A stretch of DNA of 64,000 nucleotides from Octopus vulgaris (GCA_951406725.2 OX597820.1:17546001-17610000); one strand, 5' to 3'. Shown: positions 13,640 to 26,387, counted from the stretch's first letter. The notes: a model not told the origin generated them from the sequence alone. Translations and numbers: made by a program.

Positions 13640-13640
<1 letters not shown>
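13180..13640. mobile_element. (TA)n-flanked PLE-terminus-like repeat with hammerhead-like motif; related segments at 60877-61085 and 29030-29130
   Basis: Shares tatgctagaagtagatcc(g/a)ctatggtcttaccactaa with about 60907-60942. Minus strand 13425-13495 reads CATA-CTGAAGA-(46 nt with internal hairpin)-GAAA-CATGT-T-TATG. Confidence 0.5.
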
Positions 13641-13692
<52 letters not shown>

Positions 13693-13859
13693 GAGAAAGA
13701 AACAGAGAGAAGTAGTAAAGTAGATAAAGAGGTAATTTGAGAAATATATGTACACGAAGTGCATAAAACAGATTATAGAATACAAAGAGAATTAAGTAAA
13801 TTTTTATCTCGACACTTATTTCAAGATAGCCATAACTACGTAATAACTATATTCGTATG

Positions 13860-15250
13860 AAAATGTGCACGATATCGGTGAGGGAAAGAATGAATTTTAT
13901 GTCATATCGTCAAGTAAAGATTATGCCATAGAATTGATTGAGTGAAGAGGTCTCGTTTTGGCGTAGTATAGCGAAATTACTCCCGACAACATGAAGACGA
14001 GTTTAGGTATAGAATTAACTTGAAGGGAAAATATATATAACGTTAAGGTTTTCTACCTCTAGAGGGCATGAGATTGTGTTGGTTAGCCGGAGGCCACCGA
14101 AATGTATTTCGCTCGAGGGTTGGCCAGCTTACGGATGAGCATAGTAAATAAAATGTCGGTCACCGAAGAAGTGTACTGAAAAGTGCTAGCGGGACGAAAG
14201 GTCGGGGTAATTTTCAAGGGTTCTTTCTTGCTGCAAGGAGTTAAAAGTTTAAGTTTGGCTTGTAATTTAGTATTGGGACTATAGGAGAGCTTCTCGGGGA
14301 AACTGCCATTGCCGAAGGCCTGGTTATCGTCAGTAGCATGATTATCAAAGTTGTTGTCATTGGCGGATAAGTTAGAAATCCTAATGGAAATTCCTTTAAC
14401 TATGCTGTTTAAAACATATTTAGAATGATTGCAATGGATGTTGATGTGTTGTAACGATTGGCTGGGATTATGGTAAGGACAGTAGAGGTTAGATTCTAAA
14501 TCGAAATTAATGTCCAAGAAGTAAACTACTTTGGTGTCATTTTCAATGAATATAAAGAGATTATAGTTTTTGAAGAACATGTGGATTGCTTTCCAGATAC
14601 ACTCAATGGACGGCTTCGACGACCTCATGGTTGTAAGAAGTGCGACATCTCTTCATAGACTTCCAGAGGGGTCGGGGAAGTACTTATTAATTTATGATAG
14701 TAGGTCGGAAATCGGTGCAGGGTCGCAGGAGTCCATGGTCATATCAGAGTAGCTGATGGTGGAATTTCGAGACCAGTATTTGTTGTTGAAAAGACGAGTG
14801 TTATTTCGGGCCGTTAAGACAATTTCTATGCCCAACCGAGAAAGGGTGCGAATTTCCTAGCGAAAATTAAGGCCTTATTTACTAGAAGACGGGATATGGA
14901 GGCGTAATAATCAGAAATATCGAATGTGAGGAAGTATTCGATTTGTTAGAGGGAGTGTGAGACCAGTTGATGATGTATTATTCCCAGAGGAAAGTTTAAC
15001 CTCAATTTTTACTACGGGGATAATCCGGTTTCTAATGCATTTACTTATGAGTTCGATATCAGATTTTGTGAAGTAAATAAGTCTAATGGAAGGTTTATAA
15101 CAAAAATTTAGCTTATGGTCTTTCAGGGTGAGATGGGGAGCATCAAAAGTTGTATGGTTTAGTTCGATTGTGTAATCCAGGGTCTCCAATCAACTTATAT
15201 TGTTAATCATTTGATATCTTTGAGAACGTTCGGCTTCGCATGCTTTTAAT
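13860..15250 (-). pseudogene. Decayed Penelope-like reverse transcriptase, Naiad-like
   Basis: Fragments in several frames: KPSIRLIYFTKSDIELISK, DMTMDSCDPAPISDLL (cf. DVTMGS.DGAE..EL), FLDINFDLESNLYCPYHNP...INIHCNHSKYVLNSIVKGISIRISNLSAN. Many stops and frameshifts. Confidence 0.7.
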
Positions 15251-15907
15251 CCCTACTTAATTCTTTAGTTATGAAGCTGATGTACATATTCATCGGGAGA
15301 GTATACAAGTACTCGGTCTAGTCAGAAATACGTTCAAATGCAAGGATTTTTTGGTCCTGAAAATAGTCCTGGAGAGATCCTTTTGGAAAGAGTTGTATTA
15401 TCCCGTATATGTGCGTGTATGTATGTGGTGGGTTTGTCCTTGAAGTGTGGCTTATTGTAGATATTCTAACTCATATACGTCTTTCAATAGTGTAAACCGA
15501 GAGTGAATTCTAAACACGTCACTACAAATCTTAAACACGCTTCCTTTATGCAATTCTATTACAATCAAGTTGCTAGCTTTTAATGTGATGGAATCCCACT
15601 TTATACTGCTGATCTTAAATACATAACGAGATACACTGATATTTCACATCGATTTCTGCGAATTGTTTTTAAATGTGATTGTTAAGTATTTGTCATCGTC
15701 AAGCGGTTTGACTCAGTTTAGTTTGATTTCTTGCATACAGTAATTGACTTCAAAGAATGGCTATAATACCCATATAAGGTAGATTCCATACTATACAAAA
15801 ACAATAACCGCGTCGAATTCGTTCCGTCAATCATAATGTTCAAATAACTTATATTTGTGTGTGTATATATGTGTATGTGTGTGTATCTATGTGCATATGT
15901 GTGTGTG

Positions 15908-15939
<32 letters not shown>

Positions 15940-15946
15940 CGTCCAT

Positions 15947-16006
<60 letters not shown>

Positions 16007-16012
16007 GTACAT

Positions 16013-16052
<40 letters not shown>

Positions 16053-16232
16053 GTACATATACATGTATATTATATATATATATATATATACGTACATATA
16101 CATGTATATTATATATATATATATTTATACACATACACATATATACATACATACATATATACACACATACAGATATATTTATGCGCATATACATATACGT
16201 ACAAATATACACGCACATTCAGATACATTTAT

Positions 16233-16302
<70 letters not shown>

Positions 16303-16662
16303 ATATACATATATACACATATATACACTCACAAATACACACGTGTGTTCTTCCTAATTGAATTATTGTTGCAACTATCCAATGAGTCGTTATATAATTA
16401 ATTCTTTATTTTCACTATTTTTTTCTTTCTAAATGTATTTTTGTGCTGTTTTTTTCTTTTAATTCAGTATCATAATTAATGAGATTAACATACGCGCACA
16501 AAATAATGTCGTAACACATTAATTACTGATTCAGCAAGTATTTAAATGAATTATACATAATAAAAAATTATAATAATAAAAATCGTTTTATATTTTTTTC
16601 AATGCGATGTTGACTTAATTATTCATATTTGCATTTAAAATTTACAAATTGTTTTTTTTATA

Positions 16663-16692
16663 TTGTCATCTCTCTTTTTTTTTTTTTTGCAG
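16663..16692 (+). promoter_or_regulatory. Splice acceptor (polypyrimidine tract + CAG) of the neuropeptide coding exon; implies an upstream non-coding exon
   Basis: ttgtcatctctctttttttttttttttgcag|gaatatttcaagATG; 12 nt of 5' UTR before the ATG. Confidence 0.8.
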
Positions 16693-16704
16693 GAATATTT
16701 CAAG

Positions 16705-17391
16705 ATGGCGACCTTCCTAAACTTTTTGCTACTCGTAACTGTTTTAGCGCTCACGAAATTCTCTACTCTTTCTGCTGAATTAAATGAACTATCAAACAAA
16801 CAGTCTGCTATCAAAGTAGCTCGTAGTATGTTGCCTGCAAAATTTCTGGAATCGGATCCTGAAGCTTGGGATGAGAAAATCGGAGATCAGAGAAATTGGG
16901 AAGATCGCCTAAGTATGAAAAGAAACTGGGATGAACTCAGTAGTTGGGGCAAACGAAGCGCATTTGACAATAGCGCTATCGATAACGAATTCGGAAACAG
17001 TCTTAGACGGGCTTTAAATAGCCATAATTTAAAATTGTCGTCATTATTGGACGGCGCGGAATTGAAGAAAAGATGGGATAGTTTACAAGCCTGGGGGAAA
17101 AGAAACGCAAATGGAAATGAGGCAGCATATGGCAAAAATGTTAAAAGAGATCATATGGTGAAATTAAGTGATGGTACTTGGAAAAAGATAAGCAGCGCTG
17201 ACGGGGACAAACGTGGTAACGGCTGGGATGAAATGAGTGGATGGGGAAAACGAAGCGCCGTTCAACATAAAATCAGGTCCAGAAATTGGGATTCCCTTCA
17301 GGCTTGGGGCAAAAGAGAAAGTCCATCTGACGATTCCGCTTTGTATGAAAACAACCAACTGCAAAAAAGAAGTACTGGAAAGATTTTGTAA
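16705..17391 (+). CDS. W-x5-Wamide neuropeptide precursor (molluscan WWamide / myoinhibitory peptide / allatostatin-B family), 228 aa in one coding exon
   Basis: The ATG at 16705 follows a T-rich acceptor (tttttttttgcag|G, AG at 16691-16692). It encodes a hydrophobic signal peptide (MATFLNFLLLVTVLALTKFSTLSA), then four peptides each followed by G-KR: NWDELSSW, WDSLQAW, GNGWDEMSGW, NWDSLQAW. TAA stop at 17389-17391. The W-x5-W spacing matches gastropod WWamides. Confidence 0.93.
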   Translation: MATFLNFLLLVTVLALTKFSTLSAELNELSNKQSAIKVARSMLPAKFLESDPEAWDEKIGDQRNWEDRLSMKRNWDELSSWGKRSAFDNSAIDNEFGNSLRRALNSHNLKLSSLLDGAELKKRWDSLQAWGKRNANGNEAAYGKNVKRDHMVKLSDGTWKKISSADGDKRGNGWDEMSGWGKRSAVQHKIRSRNWDSLQAWGKRESPSDDSALYENNQLQKRSTGKIL

Positions 17392-17406
17392 GAAGAATGA
17401 TTACAA

Positions 17407-17451
<45 letters not shown>

Positions 17452-17727
17452 GTTGGTAAGTAGATTTTTGTACCATATTGTGTCTTTGAAGAAATTTGCG
17501 TTTTCTTATGTTAGATTTGCACAATACAGCACATTTATGGGTCTGTGTATTATGTAAATATTTTAGCAATTAGAGAGAGATGAAAATCATGAACGAGACC
17601 TGAGTTCAAGTTCATAACTAAATACTCTATTTCGAGATCTTTATATTTGCTGTTTTTGGTCGGTCTTGACAGAAACCTTTATATCGATTGGGACAGTCAT
17701 ATCAATGAGGAGGCATGATGTTTATCA

Positions 17728-17794
<67 letters not shown>

Positions 17795-18421
17795 CTGGTG
17801 ACTCGTTCAGACATGTAAAAATTTTGCTCCAAAAATTCTTAATACTTTTGAAGGGTAAATTAAGTAATTAACTTTCATTTTCGATATGATTTTTTTTAAT
17901 ACTTTAAACTGTCGACTCCGTAACGAGATTCGATAACAGTCAGTCAGTTTTAAAAAGTATTCCCCATCTTATTTCACCGACTTTCTGGAAGTCAAAAATG
18001 GCTTCTTGATGTTCATAATCCGCCACTAAAAGAATTCATTTAAACTACGTAAAAAAGCTAATATAATTTTAAAAAAAATATAATGACATATTGAGATTAC
18101 AAAAATTGTATGACAGACAACGTTTTTGACAACAACAGCAAGAACAACAGCGGCAGTCTACATGTATGGATTGTGTTAAGAGAGATTATGGTGAGCATTT
18201 AACAAGACGCCATCATTCACAGTTCTTTCGAATGAAAGAAATAAAAGCCTATATATGGCGCATTTTGCTGAAAGAACTAAAGCTTGGCGGCATTTGTTTC
18301 TAAAAGGAGTCAACCTACTTTAATCTATCACTTAGGTGCACGAGAAGAGGATGTCAATGTGTTTATGTTTTGCTAAATTTGCGGTTACTTTTCTTGTTAC
18401 ATTCAAAACAGAGTTGGAAAC

Positions 18422-18558
18422 AGCCTTGTTAGAGATGTGAAATCTATTTTTATTGGTAGAGATATGGTATATGGTTTTATGTTTGGAAAGAGCCTTGTTA
18501 GAGATGTGAAATCTATTTTTATTGATAGAGATAGGGTGTATGGTTTTATATGTTTGGT
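18422..18558 (+). repeat. About 69-bp tandem duplication
   Basis: agccttgttagagatgtgaaatctatttttattg... x2. Confidence 0.85.
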
Positions 18559-19399
18559 AACAGCCCAAATTGTATGTGAAACACAAGGATCGCTGTCAAG
18601 AAAATCTATGATAATGACAGCCTCTGGCTAGAAGTCATCTTCATCTTCATGGCACAATATGAACGCACGTGGTTAATCAGTATGCAGCTGTAACTTTCCG
18701 CGATATGTGATCGTGTGTGGCCGCCTTTGACATGCAATCTACGAAAATTCTGGAGTATATATATATATATTCCTATATATACGTTGGTTACATATTTCTT
18801 GTCTATCGACTTTTCTTTCCTTGATGTGGTATTCTATTCTCGCTTTTCATCCTTCAGAGAATGCAAAGAGGTATCAGTGGCGAGGTGGGGCTCGTGGGGT
18901 CCGAATAGAACCCGCCTTCCACTCCATCCGTAATGTCTTCCGGTCTGTTCCATCATTCGTTTTTATATTTTATTGTATTAAATTATTAAAGTCACATTTT
19001 TATTTCCCCATTCGATGTATCTGACCCCAAAATCAAATGTATTGTGCCCTCTATGTTGGCCCCTTGTGGGTAATAAAGAGATTATACTAATCAGAACTAG
19101 TCCCCGTTAATTCCCAATGCTTTCTTGGACACTAGACTTCATTTTGAAATACAATTTCTTCGGTGTGTGATATTTGGACAGAAAATGTGAGCAATATTTG
19201 GAAGCAAAATCAATTGAAATTAGACATTCATTGAATATGATAACAATTGGCAATACGGTTTCGGGCCCAAGACGGTTCTCATTTCTACTCGATTTCTTCT
19301 TACTCTGCTGTTTTCTTACTTTTGATGATATGTAGCTGTTTATTTCTGAAACAACCTTTTGAACCTGGAATATAAGCAAATTTAGTAACACTTGATATT

Positions 19400-19778
19400 A
19401 GTTTCAAATTTTGGCACAAGGCCAGCAGGTTCGTGGGAGTCGGGTAAATCGGTTACATCGACCTTACTGTTTAACTGGTACTTATTTAATCGACCTCGAA
19501 ACGATGAAATGCAAAGTCGACCTCGGCAGAATTTGAACTCAGAACGCAGCGGCAGACGAAATATCTATTTCTTTACTACCCTCAAGGGGCTAAACACAGA
19601 GAGGACAAACGGATTAAGTCGATTATATCGACCCCAGTGCATAACTGGTACTTATTTAATCGACCCTGAAAGGATGAAAGGCAAAGTCTACCTCGGTGGA
19701 ATTTGAACTCGGAACGTAACGGCAGACGAGATACCGCTAAGCATTTCGCCCGGCGTGCTAACGTTTCTGACAGCTTGC
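19400..19778 (-). mobile_element. SINE-B dimer
   Basis: One head plus a repeated body unit. Confidence 0.8.
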
Positions 19779-20621
19779 TGAACTATAACTCTTGATATTA
19801 ATTGCAGCCAATGCAACCCTCTGTGATAGCTGTCCGTCTTTTATTGTCCTAGTAAATGAAGTCCGTCAGATTTCTACAAATCTTCATGTAAACCAGGAGA
19901 TAATTGAATTCATGTTTGCAAAAAACTAGAATGAAATACCTGATGTGCATTTGTATTGTTTAGGGATGCCATAAAGGTAAGCTTGACCCAAAAGCTTCAA
20001 ATTCCGCCGATGTCGATTTTTGCCTTTCATCTTTTCGGGGTTGATAAATTTAATACCAGTTGCGTACTGGCGTCAATCTAATCGACTGGCGCCCTCCCCC
20101 AAAATTTCGAGCCGTGTACCTAGAGTAGTAAAGAATATAAAAAGCTTTATATAGATTGTCAGGAGTTTAAGACAGATGAATACAAATCTAATATTTTTAT
20201 AGACAACACTTCTAGACAAAGATTTGGTTATTCAAGGCTAAATACATTAACTGTCAGCCATGTAATCCTTATCTATGGGAATAGATTTAGGGATTAACAA
20301 AGAAAAGGTTGAAGAATAAAGATATAACCGAATGTAAGTAGTACCTGGAAATTCAGAAAATGCTTCTCAAGATTTATTGGCTTCATAAAATACGAAGAAC
20401 TGAATGCTTAAAAGGGCAACACTACCAAAGAATCTTAATCCTTTTATCCCAGCCATAAACGATATGTGTGCAAGTGGATCTCGTGTAAAAATACTGTGGA
20501 TTACAAATACGAAAAATATTAAAAAGACAGGGATTTAAGCTTCAGAGGTGTGATGTAGCAACAAAATGACAATATTTTATTAGCGTTACATTTCTTATCT
20601 TTTATTATTTCAATCACTAGA

Positions 20622-21250
20622 AGGCGACGAGCTGGCAGAATCGTTAGCACGCCGGGCGAAATGCGTAGCTGTATTTCGTCTGCCGTTACGTTCTGAGTTC
20701 AAATTCCGCCGCGGTCGACTTTGCCTTTCGTCCTTTCGGGGTCGTTTAAATAAGTACCAGTTACACACTGGGGTCGATATAATCGATTTAATCCGTTTGT
20801 CTGTACTTGTTTGTTCTCTCTGTGTTTAGCCCCTTGTGGGTAGTAAACAAATAGGTATTACGCCTGCCGCTACGTTCTGAGTTCAAATTCAGCCGAGGTC
20901 GACTTTGCCTTTCATCCTTTCGGGGTCGATTAAATAAGTACCAGTTACGCACTGGGGTCGATATAATCGAGGTAATCCCTTGTCTGTCCTTGTTTGTCCC
21001 CTCTATGTTTAGCTTCTTGTGGGCAATAAAGAATAAAGAATAGTTAGCACGCTTGACAAATTGCTTAGTAGCATTTTTTCCGACTTCACGTTCTGAATTC
21101 AAATTGCGCCAAGGTCGACTTTGCCTTTTATCCTTTCGAGATCGATAAAATAAGTACCAGTAATTTACTTCACCCATCCTTCAAAATCCATGTATTTTAC
21201 TTCACCCATCCCACAAAATTGCTGGCCTTGTGCCAAAATTAGAAACCTTT
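20622..21250 (+). mobile_element. SINE-B multimer (three units)
   Basis: gttctga(g/a)ttcaaatt recurs at about 20690, 20874 and 21090. Confidence 0.8.
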
Positions 21251-22191
21251 ATTTCAGTCATTGAAAGATCGCAAACTGGCAAAATCGTTAGCACGCCGTA
21301 TAAAATGTTTAGCGTCATTTCGTCCGTTTTTCTGGTCTAAATGAACATTTTTAGTCAACTAGAATGTCATCCTTTCGGATTCAGTCGTTAAAATAAGAAG
21401 CAGTTGAGCATCTGGGGGTTAATGTAATCAACTTGCTCCTTCCCCGAACAATTTCAGACCCTGTGCTTATTGCAGGACGGATCATTTCAGTCATTGGATT
21501 GCGACCATGTTGAGATACCACCTTTTGAAAGGTTTAGTTAAACAAATCAAGCACAGTAATACTTCAAAATTTTAAATTCTAGTACTTATTTTACGAGTGT
21601 CATTCGCAGGATTGTTATGTTACGGGGACATAAATAAACCAACAGAGGTTGTCAACTGGTAGAATACAAACACAAATCTACATATTCCTGCTGATATGAT
21701 AAATGAAGGAATTCCACGCGGTTTCCGTCTGTCAAATTCATCCACAAAGCATTGGATGGGCCGGACTATAGCGAAAGACGTTGTCCTAGGTGGCATACAC
21801 TGGGATTGAACCCGAAACAACGTGATTGCCTACGCTGAGCGTAATGTTTGAATTTATGGGAAAATCTGTGTTTGTGTGTGTGATCCGATATTTATAGTAT
21901 TGTCTCTAAGTATTAAGAAAATTTATTGTGATTTTCTTGTCCTGATGATGAAATAAACAAAATATTATTGTATAATATTGAAGGATATGTATTGTGTGTG
22001 TGTGTGTGTGTATGTGTGTGGAACGTAAAAATGTAGTATTAATATATTTTTTTATTCACTTTCAGAATTAATCAACGGAGCCAGTTTATTTCTTCCCATA
22101 CAAGATGATACCAGTGCACTCTTTAGTTGAGATGTATGTATGTATATATATGTACATATATATATATCACACATACATGTGAACATATGTT

Positions 22192-22237
<46 letters not shown>

Positions 22238-22302
22238 TATGTTTATATATACATATATATGTTTATATATACATATATATAGATACATATAAATATTTAT
22301 AT

Positions 22303-22346
<44 letters not shown>

Positions 22347-22348
22347 AT

Positions 22349-22423
<75 letters not shown>

Positions 22424-23321
22424 ATGACGTTCTTATTATTGCATACATGGATTATACAAATATATACATTCTCTCTTTAGCATCGTTGTTATTGCTGAAC
22501 GAATAATTTCTCAAACCTTCAATAAAAAAATTCATTTGAAAACTTTATCTTTCTTAATTTATTTCTTCGTTCTTGCCAATGTTTTGATATATGTTTTTTC
22601 CTTTCATAAAAATATTTAAATCAGCATTTATAGTTATAAATCTATATTCTAGAAGCTTTAACATTACGACAATTTTGTACATATTACACAGATTGTTTGC
22701 TATTGATATGGAAGAAAAGAAAACAACTTTTATAAAAATATTAGCAAGATAGAGAAATATACCAAATATATATATATGTTGTAGGGATTCGTACGTTTTT
22801 AAAAGTGTCATAATTTCTTAAGCTAAAATCGAGTTATGAGATTGAAACGGAAGGGGAAAATATTAAATTGAAATTTTGAAAAGTATTTTTATAAAACTAG
22901 GTTTGAGCGATAAAATTTTGGAAGACATTTTCTGGCTAAATTTTTCTGTTTTTATTTATTATTTTCCACTTTATTTTGATTGTAATTCAAAATCCAAATG
23001 TTAAGATAGATTTTTTTTGTGGCCTTAATATTTCTTTCAGATTATATATATATTTTCTACTTTTATGAATTCCATATTTCAAAGTGAGGAACTGTCACAG
23101 AAAAAATGAAATTGAGCCCGGATTCTTTTAAATATATTAGTTTCTTCCGATTAGAGAGCTTTTACAGAGATAAGGGTAATTGGATTTGCTGAGGCCTTTA
23201 CACCTACGTTAAAAATATATCTGAAAGAATTGCTTTCAAATGAGGATTGAAACCGCTACTAAGAGCTTACTGTATGCTTTAAAGATTTGTCAATATTATT
23301 CAAACAATATTCCTATATATA

Positions 23322-23962
23322 TTTCTTTACTACCCACAAGAGGCTAAACACAGAGGGGACAAACAAGGACAGACAAACGGATTAAGTCGATTACATCGAC
23401 CCCAGTGCGTAACTGGTACTTTATTTATCGACCCCGAAAGGATGAAAGGCAAAGTCGACCTCGGCAGAATTTGAACTCAGAACGTAACGACAGACGAAAT
23501 ACCTATTTCTTTATTACCCACAAGGGGCTAAACACAGAGGGGACAAACAAGGACAGACAAAGGGATTAAGTCGATTACATCGATCCCAGTGCGTAACTGG
23601 TACCTAATTCATCGACTCCGAAAGGATGAAATGCAAAGTCGACCTCGGCGGAATTTGAACTCAGAACGTAACGGCAGACGAAATACGGCTACGCATTTCG
23701 CCCGGCGTGCTAACGTTTCTGCTAGCTCGCCGCCTTCCAATATTCCTATATATACAGGCTGACAGAAACGTTAGCCCGCTGGGCGAAGTGCTGAGTAGTA
23801 TTTCGTCTGTCTTTACGTTGAGTTCAAATTCCGTCGAGGTCGATTTTGCCTTTCATCATATCGAGGTCGATAAATTAAGTATCAGTTGTGTACTGGGTTC
23901 GACCTAATCGACTGGCCTCCTCCCCTAAAATGTCGGGCCTTGTCACTAGAGTAGAAAGGAAT
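23322..23962. mobile_element. SINE-B dimer (-, 23322-23735) and monomer (+, 23757-23962) back to back
   Basis: Both are bounded by copies of atattcctatatata. Confidence 0.8.
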
Positions 23963-24094
23963 ATATTCCTATATATACATTCGTTACATATTTCTTGCCT
24001 ATCGGCTTTTCTTTCCTTGATGTCGTATTCTATTCTCGCTTTTCATCCTTCAATCTTTCTCCCTTCCCTCTCTCCAACATAATATTCTTTTCTA

Positions 24095-24697
24095 CTCTAT
24101 GTACAAGGCCCGAAATATTTGGGGAGGGAACCAGTCGATGACGTCGTCCACGGTATGCAACTGGTACTTAATTTATCGGCCCCGAAACGATGAAAGGCAA
24201 AGTCGATCTCGGTGGAATTTGAACTCAGAACATAGACAGACGAAATACCGCTAAGAATTTCGCTCGGCGTGCTGACGTGTCTTATTTCTTTACTGCCCAC
24301 AAAGGACTAAACATAGAGGGAACAAACAAGGACAGACAAACGGATTAAGTCGATTACATCGACCCCAGTGTGTGACTGGTGCTTTATTTATCGACTCCGA
24401 AAGGATGAAAGGCAAAGGCAACCTCGGCGGAATTTGAACTCACAACGTAACGGCAGACGAAATACCTATTTCTTTATTACCCACAAGGGCCTAAACACAG
24501 AGGGGACAAACAAGGACAGACAAAGGGATTAAGTCGATTACATCGACCCCAGTGCGTAACTGGTACTTATTTAATCGACCCCGAAAAGATGAAAGGTAAA
24601 GTCGACCTCGACGGAATTTGAACTCAGAACGCAGCGGCAGACGAAATACCCGTAAGCATTTCGCCCGGCGTGCTAATGTTTCTGCCAGCCCGCCGCC
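24095..24697 (-). mobile_element. SINE-B multimer (three units)
   Basis: Three ggaatttgaactca units. Confidence 0.8.
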
Positions 24698-24822
24698 TTT
24701 TCCCAACACAATATTTCAATATTATTCTTTCCTCTCGCATTCCCCCACGCTTTTCGACGCTGCATGTATACCTACAGACGCACAGACATTTATGTGTACA
24801 CACACACACGTACACACACATA

Positions 24823-24874
<52 letters not shown>

Positions 24875-25189
24875 CAACTAATGTAGGATAAAATTTTTTT
24901 CGAGAAAAAATTTTTATCAAATTGCCAGCATATCAAAAAATACCTTCAAAGGTTAAATTTATAAATAATTTACAAAATAAGGGCAAAAGAAAAATTCTAA
25001 TGCCAAATATGCCGAAAAAAAGACAAAATTGTCAATATTGTAAATATATATATATATATACATATATAAATTTTACAGTATCGACCAGACCATCAGATGC
25101 TGGCTGTTATACATTGTTATACACCGCTGGTAAGAATGGGATTCCAATTCTGTTTTAACTGCGCCTTCTCTTCCGTCTTCACCCAAATA

Positions 25190-25700
25190 GCTTAAACTAG
25201 ATCGTCTTCCCATCGTCGCGGATGCCTTTCATGTGGCCTTTATCGAACTCTTGGATACCAATCGGCAATACGTGGGTTAACCTATTAGTGTGAACCTTGC
25301 GACATGTCCGACCCAGCGGAACTTTTCTTTTGGTATTCTGCGATCACATCATTTACTCCGCTCCGTTCTCGAATCACTTCATTTCGAATGTGCTCTCTTA
25401 ATGATATTCCTAACATGAATCATTCAATGGCCCTTTGCTTCGTAGACAATCTCTCTTCGTAGTAGCTCACGTCTCACTTGGGTATAAGAGTGCACGTAGG
25501 ACGGTGATGTTGAAGAGTCTGGCACGTATGTTATCGTTTAGCTTTGATTTGAGTACAGCTTTTCATGAGTTAAATGCTTCGCGTCCTGCCCTTGTTCTCT
25601 ATGAGATTTGTGCATCCATATCTCGACGTATATTCACTGTGTGCCCTAAGTAGATATACACCTTCGTTGATTTCATAGCTTTCTACGTCTATTCATCCTT
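25190..25700 (-). pseudogene. RTE-clade LINE 3' fragment
   Basis: YIYLGH..., QRAIE*FMLGISLREHIRNEVIRERSGV, KFRWVGHVAR, WYPR...HPRRWEDD. Confidence 0.75.
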
Positions 25701-25742
25701 GAGCTGCTCCTTACTACTGTCCATATATATGCTTTATTCGTC

Positions 25743-25912
25743 TATTAAGGATACCATTAGTTTCATGTTAAGAAAATATCTTAACAAATATTCAAGTTGA
25801 TCACAGAAAGAAATTGGAGTTCGCCTTCGTGAAGTGAACACCAACTTCTATTCGTGATCAGCTTGAACAATTAAGATATTTTCCTAATGTGACATCAATG
25901 GTAGCTGTAATA
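25743..25912. repeat. Degenerate palindrome of about 170 bp; a second 46-bp hairpin lies at 25948-25993
   Basis: gaaaatatcttaa / ttaagatattttc, ttcaagttgatcac / gtgatcagcttgaa, centre cttc-gt-gaag. Confidence 0.7.
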
Positions 25913-26356
25913 CACAAATACAGAATCTTTGTCAACCAATGCGTAACTATACGTAAATGTCAAACAATTCTCATTGCTTGATATTTACGTATATATATAT
26001 ATAATACAAAATGGGACAAGAACGCAAAACATCCGGACAGCTAGGTGATACAAAAAGGGACAAAACATCCAGATAGACGATACAAAGAAAACAAGGACGG
26101 GTTATTCGAAGTTTTCTTTCCTCATTGAAGCACCAGATTATCCTCGCAATTTCGGCTGATTATTCTTGAGATTGCTCCAATCTGACCAGCACCAAGGAAA
26201 CACTAAGCTAAGAGCATTAGATTCCTTGGAAGAAAGCAGCGAATGTATACAAAAACAGGGACAGAAAAAACGAACAATGTTACACAAATATAAATACAAT
26301 AAAAAATACAATAAAAATAATAACGACATAACAACAGGTGTGTTTCTATATGTGTG

Positions 26357-26387
<31 letters not shown>

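Noticed and set aside
16663-16704. N-terminal extension MSSLFFFFLQEYFK of the neuropeptide ORF
   Set aside because: It starts at TTG inside the intron's polypyrimidine tract; the signal peptide begins at the ATG at 16705.
20788-21177. Recurring ORFs with RKDERQSRPRRNLNSER or MLQHGHSQMTETSKR
   Set aside because: Translations of SINE-B and SINE-A consensus sequence; frames are not preserved between copies.
26003-26350. Another hammerhead-bearing terminus
   Set aside because: It looks like a TA-adjacent repeat, but the core motifs are too degenerate to call.
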